Translations under genes and position numbers: made by a program
Origin: Macrostomum lignano
Lineage: Eukaryota
Direction: 5' to 3'
Length of the DNA stretch: 64,000 nt
Assembly (NCBI GenBank): GCA_002269645.1
Contig: NIVC01000110.1
Coordinates: 496,001 to 560,000 of the forward strand
Notes under the pieces: generated by a model
Databases searched by the model: none
The model's input: the letters and a program-made list of their open reading frames with translations, nothing else
What the model was told of the DNA's origin: nothing
Part shown: in pieces, positions 63,590-64,000 of the stretch
Numbering within the stretch: the stretch's first letter is position 1
Layout of the letters: every line of letters starts with the position of its first letter

Positions 63590-64000
63590 GTGCCAGAATG
63601 TCAGATCCTCAGTTGCTGGGCCACAGCCTCCCAGATCCTCAGTTGCTGAGCCAGCCTCCCAGATCCTCAGTTTCTGGGCCAGCCTCCCAGATCCTCAGTT
63701 TCTGGGCCAGCCTCCCAGATTCATAGGTTTGGTTGGTTGCTATTTTGTCGCTATGCCTTTACTATATTGTGTGTAATTTTGATATTGGAGCACTGAAAAT
63801 GGTTTGTGCTGACTGACTAGTTGGTATTCTGTTTCTAAGCTGTAACTGTTGCCACGCCGTTGCTATGCTGTTTCAATGCTGTTGCTATGCTGTTTCAATG
63901 CTGTTGCTATGCTGTTTCCATGCTGTTGCTATGCTGTTTCCATGCTGTTGCTATGCTGTTTCCATGCCGTTGCTGTGCTGTTTCCATGCTGTTGCTATGT
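63590..64000. repeat. Two intronic minisatellites (~30-bp unit at 63590-63720; 20-bp unit at 63845-64000)
   Basis: GCCAGCCTCCCAGATCCTCAGTT.. and GCTGTTGCTATGCTGTTTCC.. Confidence 0.85.

Overview
Eukaryotic, animal-type genomic DNA (spliceosomal introns, microsatellites, MITEs, mariner, LINE). The ankyrin-Mab-21 gene style reminds me of free-living flatworms such as Macrostomum, but that is an unverified impression. The window is dominated by a complete Polinton/Maverick (adintovirus-like endogenous dsDNA virus) at 21805-45006. It has AGTAGT...ACTACT ends, 308-bp TIRs and a 6-bp TSD (TCCAAT). It encodes pPolB, rve integrase, double-jelly-roll MCP, penton, A32 ATPase, adenain protease, a lectin-tipped fibre, GxG-motif core proteins, an HNH nuclease and a parvovirus-type PLA2, and carries a 5334-bp internal tandem duplication. 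Most notable: a 303-nt, ORF-less, IC1-type group I intron (23827-24129, minus) splits the PLA2 motif (NFTG|PGTR) of a PLA2-integrase fusion gene. The intron ends in A instead of G, and a free-standing HNH endonuclease gene overlaps exon 1. The element is also dotted with covarying 26-28 bp CG-rich double hairpins, and each TIR is itself a palindrome with a second, inverted terminus. Host features: an ankyrin + cGAS/Mab-21-like nucleotidyltransferase gene, two orphan type I membrane protein ORFs, a six-exon mucin-stalk gene running off the right end, many satellites, and nested transposons. Coordinates were counted by hand; satellite borders are approximate.
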